The position numbers and the translations under genes are program-made. This document shows positions 25,201-41,900 of a DNA stretch of 64,000 nucleotides, in pieces. The notes under the pieces were generated by a model, which saw only the letters and a list, made by a program, of their open reading frames with translations, was not told where the DNA came from and ran no database searches. The stretch spans positions 42,284,001-42,348,000 of the forward strand of contig CM060734.1 in assembly GCA_030704615.1 (NCBI GenBank). The letters are read 5' to 3'. Positions within the stretch are counted from its first letter, which is position 1. Each line of letters starts with the position of its first letter. The DNA is from Takakia lepidozioides (Eukaryota; Plantae; Bryophyta).

Positions 25201-28200
25201 GTTGCTGAGTAGGTTTCAAGAAATTCTGCTCCTTCCTCAGAACAGTGATACCCACATCACCATTCTTGTCAATGGACTTAAAGACTCTTTCCTGATGTCC
25301 AGCAAGAGACAGATCATTTGCATCACCAATCCATTTGCTGGAAACAATCATGTCCATCTCAACAGGACTTTTCCAATCCCTTAATCTTCCTCGACCAATT
25401 CCCTGCCTCTCATGTGCAAGCAATCTGCCAATGTTAGCTGACCTTTCCATATTTGTGCCTGAGTTGTCTGGGGACTTTGACCTCCGGTCATGGCCAGTAC
25501 TACTCCCATTGTCATTTTCAACACGGCCACAACTGAGGAGGGTCTCTCTCCCATGCACTGCTGTCACAGGAGAATCAACCAATTGCTGCCAATGTTCACT
25601 TCTGATGTCTGCATATCTCGTCTTTGGTGTTTGCCATGGATGTAATTCTTTGTCCCCAGAGCTTGTGGTTTCAGAATCCCCACCATTGGAACCAAACTAT
25701 CATCCCACAAGACGATTAGTACCCATGTTGTTGGGTAAACCATATCTTATGTTCTGGCAAGCTTTGATAAGCTTTGCCGGACATGGGTGATGATTAAGAC
25801 GAAATGAAAGAAAGAAGAGACGAAATGATACTTTATAACATCCGTGGAAAGCTCAAACAGCTTATGGGACAAGAGAAAGCACGAAAGAAGAAAGAGCCTC
25901 CACAAGCAGCCCAAAAACAACTATTGAACATTGTCTGAGAGCCAATGCCTCATGCAGATATGCTGCTAAGCATTTCTGATCCTCGTAATGGAATACCTCT
26001 ATGAGGGATTGACTATCTTGGAATAGACAGTAGATCTCCCATGGATCTCATAGTAGAAAGGTATCTGAAAGAAGAAATGTTCTTCACTTTCGATTTCCCT
26101 CCTGTTGTCCCCGGTGCAAGCCATGGTCCCATCTACTAGTCTCTATTGACAGACTGTGGTAACCCACCCTAAACCTCACCAATGCCCATATAAGAGAGGG
26201 AGATAGAGCTGCAGACAGCTCGAAGGCAGCTCAAAGAGCTTATGTGACAAGAGAAAGAAATAAACAAATCCTCATAATGGAAGACTTCTGTGAGGGATTG
26301 GGTTTCACAGAATAAACAGTTGAGTCTCCCACGGATCTCATAGTAGACAGGGCAGTAAAAGAAGAAGTGTTCTTCAGTTTCGATAGCCCGGTTGCGCTCA
26401 GTGCATGCTGGGCATAAGCGGTCTTCCAGAAATCAAATGAAATGAAATGGTGCTTTATAATGTCGGCAGAAATCTCAAAGAGCTTATGGGACAAAATGGC
26501 AAAACACATGACAGAGGAAACAAAACCGGAGCCAAAAAAACTAGAGAAAGTGAAGCCCTCAACAAGGAGCCGGAAACACCAATTCAATGCCAAGAGATTC
26601 TGTAAGGTGGAGAGCCTTGTGTAGAAAGGAACTGGAATTCCCACGAACAACAGAGATGACGAGCTGAAACCAGAGACAAATCAAATGCTGCACAAAGATG
26701 GAGTGCCTCATGCAGGTATGGAAGCTGAGATATGAAGGAGCTAGGTTAGTTCTCTGTTAGAATTTAGTAAGCCACATTGTTGAGAGAATGTTAGCATAAG
26801 ATATTGTTTGCCATAGCCTTGTGGCCATAGACCCTGCCCCCAGTTCGGGCAGAACAAAAGGGAACGGAACAGACACTACCTTTGTGGGGGGCTCACTCCA
26901 GTAGTGTGACGACTATGATACAGACAATTACTTTGGGTTTTCCAGATATCCTCTAGAAAGCTCTTCACACAAGCATCAACCTGCTGCTCAGCCTCAAGAT
27001 TTTCAAAAGTTGGTGAATAGAGGTGTGGGAACAATGTTCTTGATGTTCCTGAAGAGGGTCACTCTCTGGTGAGAGTATCCCAGACTATGAATCGGAAAAT
27101 GGATGTTGTCTTCAGGCTGCCCGCACATCAGGCAACTACAATCTCCTGCATTTGCTTTGTCAGGGGCTGACGCCGGTAGTATGATTTACCTTGGAATAAA
27201 CAGTTGATCCGAGATTTCCAGATATCCACCAGAAATCCCTTCACACAAGCATCAATCTGATGTGTGTGATTTGCCCAATAGCTAGACCCCAAAAGGGCCT
27301 GGGCTTTTGGCTCAGCCTCAAGATTTTCAAAGTTGTTAAACAGAGGTACAGGCACAATTTCCTTGATGGAATGGAAGAGGGTGTCCCGTTGGTGAGAGTA
27401 CCCAGGACAATGAATCAGGAAGTGAATATTGTCTTCAGGTTGCCCACACAACGGGCACTTACAATCCCCCTTTCCTCTCTGCGACTGTTTGTTGTTCAAA
27501 GGCAGGCTACCCGCCCTGAGTTTGAATTTCAGTCTAGTGCCGAGGATGGGTAGACCCTTGAGGTTATCCACGATGGCCTCACCCATGTCACAGACTGGAA
27601 ACAGGTTCAGGGAAGTTTTCTGCCTAACTTCATTTTCTTCAGGCAATAGACATGGCTTCGGAAACTTCAGCTTCTAAGCCAGATTAATCCAGCAGGGTCA
27701 TGGCTAGTGGACTAAGATTCAGATCCTTGAAAATCTCTTCTACCCTTTTCCGCCAGGATTTAGCCTGTTTGACAGGGCGGTCCTGCTTCCAAGATATAGA
27801 GTCGATTAACTTAGGATATCTGGTATTAGCCATACGTTGCAGCTGACCCCACCATCTGATTTTGAATTCATCGCGTCGGGAGCTTAAGGGAGGAATGCCA
27901 AACCCACCCCGAACAGCCACATTAGCTGTTTTGGAGCATGCTGACATGCACTCCTTGAGCACCCCGACTTGGATGGATTCAAGAGACTTAGCCTGGTTGG
28001 AGTTATCAACCCATACAGCAGATGCATGCTCCAAGGCCGGCCTGATAACGCGGCAAAGCATGGTTTTTTTTACTTCAGAGTTGATCCCTCTGCAGTGGAA
28101 AAATTTAGCGAGACCCGGCGCTTTGCGTTTGCCAGATTGAACCACTCTTTGAATATGTGCTTCCCAATTACAGTTGGAGGAAAACTCAACACCAAGATAG

Positions 28201-30138
28201 GTGTAGGAGGGGAGAACAGGGATCTCTTGGCTTCCCCACTGCCACTTGAGATTGCCTCCTCCTTCCCCTGGTCGTTGAATGCCACCACTGCGCATTTACT
28301 GACATTGGCCTCTAGCCCCCAAAGATCAAAGTATCTCTTCGTGCAATCTATCAGCCCCTGGAGGTTGGAAGGAGTCTCCCCTATGCCTGCGAAGTCATCC
28401 GCAAACATAAGGGCTGGTATGGTGGCATCACCCACCCTTAACCCAAATCCCTCACTTTCCACATCCTCCAGTAGTTGATTGATGAAAATATTGAAGAGCA
28501 GAGGGGAGAGGGTACATCCTTGAGCTACACCTTGGTCTATGTCAAAGAAATTAGACTTCTGTCCATTTACAGTGACACAGCTTTTAGTGTGAGCATACAA
28601 GTTATGGACCACTCTCCACATCTTTCCCTTGATCCCGGAAGACCAGAGTCGGAGCCATAGACCGTCTCTCCACACAGTGTCATAGGCCTTTTAGACAGGA
28701 AAAAGACAAAAGTAGGTTTCCCATCTTTTTTCCTTCCCTGGATAATCTGAGTGTGAAGATATGATCCACGCAGCCCCTGTTTCGCCGAAAGCCACAGCTT
28801 GGCCTTCGACCTCTGGACTCCAGATCAACCTCGAGACGAGTACTTATAACTCTGCAGAATATCTTGCCAACTGCATTAAGAATTGAGAGAGAGAGAGAGA
28901 GAACGAAATGAAATGGTACTTTATAACATCAAAGAAAGAAAGAAGAAACTTTGTAACATTGACCAGGGGCACCAAGGGCAAAGAATATAACAACACCAAG
29001 GAACCAGAGAGTGGGAGAGAGAGGGGACAGAGAGAGTAATGCCCTACAATCAGACATTGGTAAATCATGCATTTCCCGACGCTTTACATCCAAAAAGGAA
29101 GATTTTTCCACTATAGTCAGGAGGACATGACAAATGAATACCTTGAACTCCTCAGAAGGTTGCAGATATTTTCTGGCAATATGGTTGACGCAGGCAACCT
29201 TTTGTTGCTCTGCAATTTTCCATTCTGGTTGGCTAGCACCGTCTGAGTGACTGGATGTCAAAACATTTAACCCATTCTGGTTGCAGTAGCTCATGTCTTT
29301 GCAAGGGCTGGATGGTGCTACAAGCTCATCAATCTTGCTGTCTGATGTAACCTTCCCACGGCTACCATTCATGTCAGGGAAAAGCAGGTGGTGAGAGAGT
29401 GGGGTGGAAGGGAAGATATGGCGGTTTGCATGCCTCCAGGTAGCTGTGCAGTGTTGCAGGGGTGAAGTATCCTGCAGTCACCTAAGAGCAAGAGCTAGTT
29501 ATTAGCTGGCAGGAAGTGTCGTCAGTGAAGTATGATTCATGCTATCTCTAAATGTAAACTTGTCCATTCAGAGGAAAAATATCATCTAGTGCAAACATTG
29601 AAATGTCAAGTACTGCTGTATTGCCTTATATCCCTCACTTCTAGTCACCAACCGTGGTATGCATACTCATTTCTCTTTCTCTCTCTCAAAATCTAATCAG
29701 TTCAAGCAAACTTCTAACACATATACATCTAATTTGCGAGACACACATCTCCATGCAACAACCTGTGACTACATCTCTCTTCAATTTCATGTTGCTCCTC
29801 CCTCTCTCTCCTGCGGCAAACAACGTCTTATAAGTACATTCTATTTGTTTGATCGTGAGTATGTGGAGGGAGAGAATGAGGAATTTTGCAGTCACTCATT
29901 GACCCACTGAGCCTCTTCGTGGATGCCCTTCGGTATGAGTAAAAAGAGAGAAATTAAAATGCACTTTATAATGTGAGCGAGAGAGAGTTCTCCTACCAGT
30001 AATCTTTCGACATATGGACAGAGAAAGAGAGAGACCGACCCAAGAAGAGGTGTCATACGGGTCATGATTGGGGGCCAACGAGGAAACAGCCGCCAGGGCG
30101 CCCAATTGGCAATAGCGAGCTATCCACCCGTTCCACAT
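22258..30138 (-). CDS. Multi-exon protein-coding gene of unknown function
   Basis: Phase-consistent exons: 30138-30040 (MWNGWIARYC..), ~29471-29142, ~25760-24956, ~24820-24251, ~24090-23713, ~23538-23266 (helical ..AVRRAREDASALAFKLAEL..), ~23000-22936, ~22682-22561, and last exon ~22400-22258 (GHVRSEKK..AEDYL*). Internal boundaries are approximate. No family recognised. Confidence 0.65.
26795..27150 (-). mobile_element. Family A LINE 3' fragment in tandem with the longer copy
   Basis: Reverse complement of the cttcaggaacatcaagaacattg..ggccacaaggctatggcaaacaa signature. Confidence 0.8.
27150..28795 (-). mobile_element. 5'-truncated, frameshifted RTE/RTEX-like non-LTR retrotransposon (RT plus C-terminal CCHC)
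   Basis: KAYDTVWR, GVAQGCTLSPLLFNIF, MFADD, YTYLGVEF and CPLCGQPEDNIHFLIHC in ORFs 28070-28675, 27684-28295 and 27128-27646. Confidence 0.93.
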
Positions 30139-32799
30139 TCCCTGCTGCTGGCATCCCTACTCTTGAGCTTCACTCCTCTAAACTCAAATTTCAGGCATCA
30201 CTGACAGAGCCAAGGAGTATGTCAGGAGGATGAACTATGCGTTATAGTCATAGTGCGCGCACACGCAGAGAGGACAAATGGCGAAAAGAGAACACCTGAA
30301 ATGTGAAGAATTTCGAAAAAATGGGAGTCTCAGATAGACAAGAAATTATCCAGGATGAGGATTGTTGATTTTCAGACCAGCGAGGAAATGTAGACATAAA
30401 TAAAGAACGAAGGAATCCACAGATTGCACAGCAACAACCACAAGCAGAAGGGAGTATCGAATGATGCCCGAGAGAAATAGAATTTTAGAGCTAGATGCAG
30501 CTCAATAAACCCATAACCCTCTAAATGCAGCAAGGGGATAGGAGGGGGAGAAGGGAAATGAAACACCACCGAAACCCACACCGAGAGAGTGAAAAAGAGA
30601 GGAACCAGATTTCCCACATATGCTGTGCAATGCGCCGAGAGGGAGAGCGGACGGAATTCGAATGAGAGTGCGTGCGTCTGAGCAGCGAGAAATCGAGAGA
30701 GAAGGAGGAAACGAGGGAGATCGGGGGAGGGAAGAGTACCGGTCTTCCCTGTATTTCCCGGGAGGCGCGCCCGGTTTGGCGCAGTCCATACAGGCGGATT
30801 GCCCTACCCGTGCTCGGGTCCCCGCGCAGAGCACGGGCCCGTGCTGCAGGGAGGGAAGAATTCAAACGGGATGCCAATTTTACTATCGGAAAAACGTTCG
30901 GTTGTAACAGATGGAAAACATGTACAGACATGTAATTAACCGGTGAGAACGTATACAACGAACCATGTTTACTAACGAGGGATTTGCGAAATGAGAGTCT
31001 CTAGCTAGCAATTTGTCTAGGAAAGGCTCCAAAAACTAGAGTCGGCTCCAAATGTTTCTTTAGACTTCAGCACTTCTGCAAAGAGGGCAGCCATTTGTCA
31101 TTGTCCCTATACTATCATCTCTCTTTGTCTACTTACTCTGAAGCGTTGTCAGTGTCGGCCGCACCAGCCTGCACTGCCTTGCTCCAGATATTTTAGTGCT
31201 AATTAATGTTATCTTCCCCTTCCTGGTTTATGGCGAGTTTAACACATGTTAGCACATAATGAGTGTTAGTTGTAAACACTCGTTCCCTGCCCCTGCCCGT
31301 TTTTTCCTCGCCGTTTCTCGTATCTGCCCTCCTTCCTCCACACCATAGCCCGAAGCAGAAGGTCGTGTTTTGGTAGTTCTCCTGTCACAGTACTGCCTCT
31401 TTTTGCCTTGCCTTCCTGTCTAACGGTTGCTGGCGAGATTGCCTTTCGTATGTATATAGTATATTTTATCTCCAGAACTCTTTCGGTCTCTCCACATTGG
31501 TTGTGTATCTATATGTTCGCAAACAGCTAGCTGAGCAGGATTAATATCAGAAACTGGGTGATTCATTGTCCACAAGAAGTATATGAGCCATCTGATGCAT
31601 TAGTTCCCATGTGTACACAAGGAACTTCCAGAATTTTTTTTCATTGGTTCCAATCGACGTGATGGACAAATGTGCGTCCAAGTTTGGATCTATTCATGAC
31701 TGGCTGAAACATATAATGCAGGCAAGACAAGTTGGAACTGGTTTGTGGAAAATGTGGGACGATTCCAGAGAGAGAACTGTGTTAATGGGTGTTTGTTGAA
31801 GAGGCGGCTGCCTACAAGGAAAGCCAAGCACTTCTGACGTTGCTCTGCCAATCAACCATGTACGTAGCACTAAATCCGAGGGATTCGGGTCCAGTGCAAC
31901 AAGTCCATGTTGAGCTGGTGTCTGAGGTGCCAAGTGGAGATGCTCACGATGGGCAAGAATTCAAGAGCGCAAGGCTCAAGAATGCTCGCGTAGTGAAAGA
32001 CGAAGCCAGCGCGAAAACATGCTAATGCGGTGGAAGATGACATGATGGCGAAAGCACATGGCGCGGGGGCAGCTGCCCGAAAATCACACGTTATTTTATG
32101 ATTTAGCATTGGGGGGGGGGGGGCCGGGGCTTTAGCTGGAGTGAGTGTTAGGAAGGTAGACCTGTTGCCTGGTGCGGCCGGGCTTGCAAGCTTTGGGTCA
32201 TACATGCTAACCCCTTCTTTTATCTGTTTGCTGTCCAGGACAACTACTGGTTTAGAGCAGACCTCTCGGTTCCACAGCTTACAAACCCCTTCCAATTCCC
32301 CTCTCTCACATGTCCTCCATAGTTACTCCCAATGATTCTCTTTCCATGTTTTTCTTTCCACAAATCCAGCATACTAATTCTGGCTGGCCCAAATATGTCC
32401 AAATTCTCTTGGCATCATTTCCTGAGGAACCTGAATTACTTGATGAGAGGAAGAAAGAAGAACCTCCAACCCCCTCTAGAAGGTAAGAGTATGGGGAGAG
32501 TATCTTCCATCACTGTGTTGTCTTTGTAAACTACAATCTCAAAAAACAAAATCCAATGGAATCCGACAAGCTAGCACTTAAAAAGTGCAGGAATGAAGCT
32601 ATGAAGGTAGTGTAGTTTGAGAGTCCCACTTGTTTTTTGTTTTTTTCTACAAAATGGATTAACCTGCAAGACAACTAGTGCGGCCTATGTCAGCACATAT
32701 TGCACCGTCATTCATATTCTAGGAAAATCCAATTTACTATTTTTTATGAATTTCCACTGACAAAGAATACTTGAAGTATAATAGCAAGTCACACACGAG

Positions 32800-33900
32800 C
32801 CTCTTATGCTTTGGCAAAGTCAAATTTAGCATCTTTCAGAACTGCCAGTGAAGATACTTGAAGCTCAAAGCGGGCATAAACTGGTATCTTCAAAAGGAAA
32901 AAATGTCTAAATATTTCTTTGTTAAAGCGAGACAGTATGCTATGGCCAGCAATATTTCCCATCTCAATAACCCGGATGACCGTCATCCTATCTCCTCTCC
33001 CAAAGAGATGGCTACAATGGCTGCTAGCCACTTCACCTCTTTTTTCTCTCTCCGCCCTTCTTCTTGGGAAGCCATCTTTGCAAGAGCGGATATATATCCC
33101 TATGTCTCTCTCCCAATCCGACAAGCTCTGCCCCTCTCGCTGGGCTCTTTCATATCAGGGTCATTGACATCAACTCTGGGCTGCCCACCGTTCAAAGCTA
33201 GTATGGTTCCTCAAGTGTCCTCCTCAAGATTTGCAATTCGATCCTGGGGAGTGGATGTGGATGGACCCTGCTAAAACGCCCCTTTTTGGCTACTCGGTCA
33301 AACTTGGCTACAACCTGCTTCGTGGCTCTGCCTCCTTCACCATCAAATGGAATCTCAAATGGAACCACCTGCTATCCCAACGCACAAACTGGAAAGCGGT
33401 CTGGAAAGACATTTAGAGGAAAGACAGGCCCCTGCCAAAACCAGCGCATTCTTATGGAAGGTTGCTAACATGATTCTGCCAGTTTTCAATTCATTCAAAG
33501 GGAAAATGACTACCGCAACATCTGCTCAAATCACCTTTGCGAATCTAATGAACACTGCCTTGCCCAGTGCCCTCTAGCAACATGGTCATTGGTAGCTTCC
33601 TATTATCTGTGGCTCCATCCAATCTTACTTTATAATTTTGCTTAATTTGGATAACGACAAGATTTGGATCACCTGCCCTGTCTGGCCTGCCTTAGAGCAC
33701 ATACTATTTGGAATTTATGGAAAGATAGAGTGCTTTTGTTTACGAGGGCAAAGCCCCCAGCATCAGAAGAGTCATGTCTAGGATCTTATTCGATTTAATG
33801 ACTGAGAGGCGCAAGGTGTGGTCTTCCCTGTGTACATCTATTACTAAATGTGGCAAACGGCGCCGTCAACAGCTCTTGGCAAACTTTGACAACACATCGT
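32800..33900 (+). mobile_element. Degenerate L1-clade LINE remnant
   Basis: WYLQKEKMSKYFF (EN-RT linker) and YSVKLGYNLL..WKAVWK..FLWKVAN.LP (zf-RVT-like region), with many stops and frameshifts. Confidence 0.65.
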
Positions 33901-34063
33901 CTCATCTGTGCCTGCATTTCTGATTCGAGAGTCCAATGGTGTGATGGTATCCCCAGGTCATGGGCCCTCGCCATCTCAGGGGGAAGAGGTAGGTCAATTG
34001 GAGGCACATGAAGCTTTAGATACCAAGGTCCAAGGCTCATCCGGATTTCAGTAGTGCAACTTA

Positions 34064-34482
34064 GGGCCGTACCACACTAGCGGCAAGAGGGGCAGCGGCA
34101 CTCAATTTTGGACCCTCTTGTTGGTTTAAAGGATGGCAGTGTGCCGCTCTGCCTACCACACTAGCGGCTGCTGCCGGCGGAGGGGCTCCGACGTGGCGCC
34201 TACATGTCACATTACCGTGAAATACGGATTTCCAGGCAGTGTCCCCCTAAATCCACAATTTTAGGAAGACATTTTGTCCTAACGCGATTCTCTCGCCATT
34301 GCGAACCTGGTCTCTCCAACCCCGTCGTGCGATGGTCTCTCCTACTGATTTTTTTTGCCGCTGAGTTTATGCTATAGTATGGTAGCCGACTAATTGCCAT
34401 GGACCTTTGTCGTCCCACAATCCATAGCATGCAATGTCCATGTCAGTGGCGCCGTTGGCGTGCCGCTAGTGTGGTAGGGCCC
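34064..34482. mobile_element. PIF/Harbinger (Tourist-like) MITE
   Basis: 22-bp TIRs gggccgtaccacactagcggca / tgccgctagtgtggtagggccc (1 mismatch), flanked by TTA (34061-63 and 34483-85). An internal third copy of the TIR core lies at ~34153. Confidence 0.9.
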
Positions 34483-35685
34483 TTAGTCTACCCCCTTATG
34501 GTGGCCTTTTCCTTCACCGTTGCCCTCTGTCCCTACCCTCTAGTCATCTCCCCCCGCTCCACATCTCCCCCTACTTAGATCTTGGGCCATGCCTCTGATC
34601 ATCCTTCCCACTGTTTCCCACACTCCTTTCAAGATAGGTGATTTCTCGTGCATTCTCCCTCCACAATCCTCTTGTTGTACCCTCTTTCTTCAATAAAATT
34701 CTACCCTACCCACTGAAGGATGCACCCTTACACATGGAGGGCTTTAGCAGGATTAAAAAACCAGGCGGAGGGCAGGCTTGTGATTTGGTTGACCTCAATG
34801 AGACGAACAAAAAACAAAAAAAACAAAAAAAAAACAAAAACAAATCTACAAAAAGAGGGGTTCTGTCCATTGACTCAGCAACAATTTTGACAATCTACCC
34901 CCTGGTTTATACTTAAAAGCTATACTCTTGACGCGGTGTAAGGTCTGTTGACCACATTTTCTCCATTGACTTCATCATGATGCAAAGTCTCTGCCCTGAA
35001 GGGACAGAGCCAACAAACAAATCACTTGTGACAAAAACCATGCGCCTACTCACTACTCAACCAGGGCAAGTGCAGGACTGCAGACTCACCCTATGTCACA
35101 AAGTGCAGGTTGCAAACTTTACAGATTTCACTATTATCTTTGAAAAGAGCCAAATGATTCATATTTACGAAGGAAAACCTCCTGATATACAAGAATGTCA
35201 CTTTGTTCAGTCAAAAATCAACATGGCGGTTACAAAAACTACACCGTGGAAAACCACATCAGCTTGCTGTTGTTGATACAGCACAGCTCTTTTCCTGTGA
35301 ATGTCGAAAGGCAGACAAAGCTCTACCTACAAGTACAAGTATTGTGGATAAGGAAAACAATTGAACTACTTCCTACTCTTCCCTCACTCACCAATCTGCC
35401 GAAGACTTTCTGAGGAAGCCGTATATATATACTTAGGCAGGACAGCCCAGTTATTGGGAGTTTGTGCCTTACCTGTCCATCGTCCAGGGGTAAGCCTGGT
35501 TTAACCCTCAGCATGCTCCTTCAAAATTCCATAGAGCCCTAAGGCCTATGGGTTGAGCAGTAAACTCAGTAAAATTGCTGGACGGTAAACACACTTTCTA
35601 ACTTTATATACCTCCTATGAACTGTACAAACTAATCACATCAACCCCCATTACATGGGTAGACTCGAGTGATCTAGCATTTCAGT

Positions 35686-38154
<2,469 letters not shown>

Positions 38155-38817
38155 GATTCTTTAACTATCTCGTCTGGCAAAGATCACGACCAGTTAACCG
38201 AGTCCACAACCTTCCAGTATCCAGCCCAAGACAGCACCTTTCGCGACGGCTCCACCCCCAGAAGAACACAAGCTTAGAGAACACAAGACACAAGAGACAG
38301 ATCAAGGCAGCGATGGAATGCTTGCACGGATGCGGCAGAGAAACGTTATATAGAAAGCTTGCGAGCGCAGCAGCAGGAGAGAAAATAATGGTGGATAAAG
38401 CGGATGAGCCTACCTCCACACAAACGCCTTTATCTCTCCTCTCCCTCTCCTCTCCACTCGCTGGGACCCAAGCAGCAAGCTTGCGATCCAAGCTTCGTGC
38501 TCTCATCGCGACCGTGCCTTTTTTTTCAGGGCGGCCCGACAGCTGACCGCGAAACCCTTTTCCTTTTCCAGCGTCTGACCCCGAAACCTTTTTTCCTTTT
38601 CCAGCGTCTGCGCTCATCTACCCAAATATACTTCATCCGACGGAGGTAGGTAAAGATCCTGCAGGCATCTCGGGGAATATGACATCCAGACTCCAGGTAT
38701 TTATACGATCATCCGCATCCTAATACGAATACGTATCATAGTTGCCGACGGAGGTACCTGGAACCGTAGCACGGTCCCGACAGGACATGTGATGCATGGC
38801 GCGACTCCCGGTTCGCA

Positions 38818-38928
38818 TACGTGTCGATAAGGGGTATGTGGTCGATGCGCATGGTGCTGGGGCACGTGTGGCAGGCTCGGCTATTCCTGGCCACAAAGTA
38901 TCGCGCCAAATATGCACATCTACGTGTC
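38818..38928. promoter_or_regulatory. Cluster of ABRE/G-box-like elements upstream of the beta-amylase
   Basis: TACGTGTC at 38818 and 38921, CACGTG at 38863. Confidence 0.45.
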
Positions 38929-41900
38929 ACTTTGTCGTCATACGCTTTTAGGCGGATGACCTTTGGACGCCGTCCGGTGTCCAGAGGTACTTCCGCAGAC
39001 GCAGGGAAAGAACGCGGTTACCCGCCAATAGGCGCGGTCTGCCCGCTTTTGCCTTTTATGCCGTGGGCCCGACCGCGCGGTCTGCCAACAGTGCCTACAT
39101 ATCCAGAACATTCGTTGGGGTCCTCCAAATCCCATCCCTATCCGATCCTCTACGTACAACACTTTTTTTTTAAGGAGAAAAAAACTCCTTAATAAAGCTT
39201 CCTCCCCTGTTTTTGGAAAACAAATAAACACTTTCCAGAAATAAGATAATTTTCTTTGTTAATTATTATATTGTATTATATTTAGGGCATTACCTCCTCG
39301 TTGAGGGTGGAACTGTTGGCCTTCCTGCATTTTTTTTTTCCGGAGAGAGGACGTTGCATTCCGTGGTGCAATTTATGCAATTTCCGGACCGGGAGAGTTT
39401 TGGACCTGCCCAAAACTCCAGTATGCGGAAAAGGCCACTACTCCGTTCCATTCCATCCCCCGTGACTCTTTAAGCGCGACGAGATTGACCACCGGCGACT
39501 AGGAAGACAACCACCAACAACTTTTGAAGATGGACGAATATGCGCTCAGAAAAATACTTGTCAACAAAGGTACAAGGCGCGTGGACATGGAAAGCGCGTT
39601 ATTGGTGCAATATAATGACAATTGCTCGGGCACCTTCATATACGACGGACCGAGGATTGGAGAAGAAGTGGGTGACCACCGAAACAAACGCGGAGAATGT
39701 GGATGTGAGAGCATATGCGTAACGATCCATTCCTCATATATACATGTAAATATAATTATCTCAAAAATCCCGCTCCGCCTCCCTCCCATCCCCCATTGGC
39801 TACAACAACGCACGAAATGGGAATGGACGAAATAAAAAATTGTGATTTTTTATTTTATTTTTTAAGAAGAAAAGGCACTAAATTTGATTAACTTGAGAGT
39901 CCACAATTGTTAGTCCTGCATCATGCAGATATTTTAATGCCTGTATATTAGATTTACTGGAGGCATGGCGGGGCCAGTCTACACTGCCACTTGCCGAATT
40001 CCACTCACACTTGTCGTGCAGGTCATATGTAAGTAACAGAAGCCATAACGGTTAACCCCACCGCACTGACTCTGTCCGGCTAGGCTAACGGTGTACCGGT
40101 AACGGAGGCGGCCAATCTGGTCGCCGTTATCCACGTGGACACACGTCGACAGTAGCAGCTGCTTGGAAGATATTTTTCGAATACGTGGTACACAACTCGG
40201 TACTTGTGTCCCGTGTCTTCTGGAGTTCTGTCGTGCTGGCCCTGCGACACGCGGGCGTAGACGGTAGATGCCGGGCCGGGAGGACACAAATATCTCGCAC
40301 GGGTCGCCCGCCCCCGACCGCCCTGACCGCCCCCTTCATTTATCAATTACCTTATCGTTAGGGTTGATTTTTGATAGAGCACTGAGTGAAGTGATTCTGG
40401 GATCAAATCCTGCTACCTTGTCGAGTGAATATAAATAAGAAAGATAAATAAAATGTGAGGAGGCGCAGTTAGGGGCGGGGAGGTAGGTGTGGTAGCGTGT
40501 GGTATGGCGGGCGGCTCGGACATTATCATTATTCAAATGCTTTCTACTTTATGAGAGAACATGCAGATGAAAATCATCCAAAGGCAAAGTGGTTACGCCG
40601 TAAAGGACGAGCGGCCTTTTGGTGGGCCCGCTTCAAGAGGCGCACGATGGTGTAAGTTAACTCTTTATCCCCAATCATCCATACGGATGAACTTTATAGT
40701 TATGTGCAGATGTACTATATCCGCATCCTGTGAAAAGTGCAGGCATTTTGACCGTTGCGTTCAGGAGATTATAATAAAACAAGACTTAATTATGTTCCAA
40801 AACTGCGTGTAAAACTGGTTTGACCATCAAATTCAATTCAAGCTTTGGGGGTCACAAGTCACAACATCTGCTATGTGGTTTTGAACCCACAACTAGTAGT
40901 GAAATGATGTTATGCCCAACCAAACCACTATTATGAAGAGCGGAAGGGCCTCATCAGCTGCCTTTAAATGCCCCTTCATCGCCCCCAAATATAGCCAAGC
41001 GGATTACGCCTGACGTAAGGTAGGTCCTGCTGACGTGGGGGTTGGCATCTTGTGAGCACAGCATGAGCAAATCCACGGTTATAGGGATAAACTTGTTTGC
41101 AAACATAAATACAAATCATAGGTGGACCGCCTGCGGTAATATGATCAGTTACATGGTCCATGAGCAATGTTTTTTTTTTAAAAGAGCATATGAGCATATT
41201 TGAGCTAAAATCCTCAACTATTTAATAGGAAAAACATTTTATTAATATTATAATATTATGATTATATAAGCTGCAGTATTCCAGTAGTGAAAGTACTTCA
41301 ACATCTGTGCTCACGGGAGTAAGTATAATGAGTTTACTGACGAAACCCCACCCCCCTCCCCAAGAAAAGAAAAAAATAACTCGAAAATGCAATATTTCCC
41401 TAACGAAACTACTTCAAAATTTGTTTTCTCCTCTCTCTATCAAGGGGCCTCATTTGTGAGCTGTCGCTCCCAGGTGTTTCCCTTTTCAAAAAAATTAAAA
41501 AACAAATTGTGCTAACGCGAGCACAATGAGTTCAAAAAATAAAATCTAAACTAAAAAAGATAGTTTTGCTGGAGCATAAATTTTGAAGTAGTTTTGCAAT
41601 TTTGTTGCGTGAGCTTATTTTATTTTCTTGGGATATTTCAAGAATCTATAGAACGTTCTTGTCAGGATGAAAACTCCCCGTCTCAGAAGTTTCAACGAAG
41701 GAAATATTTAGGCGGCTTTTACGCTTGCTCCGACAGATCATAATTGGGCAGCATGGCTTGATTCAACATCAATGATCAGCAGCTTATTAGGTATGTTGGC
41801 CTATGACCGTTCAATTAACGATGGTGAAAAATCTAACGGTGAATTTTTGTCATTTTTACCTCAGGTAAATTTCATAAGGTGTCCCACATATGGGGCAACC

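Noticed and set aside
31600-32300. Short overlapping ORFs
   Set aside because: No recognisable motifs or consistent splice structure.
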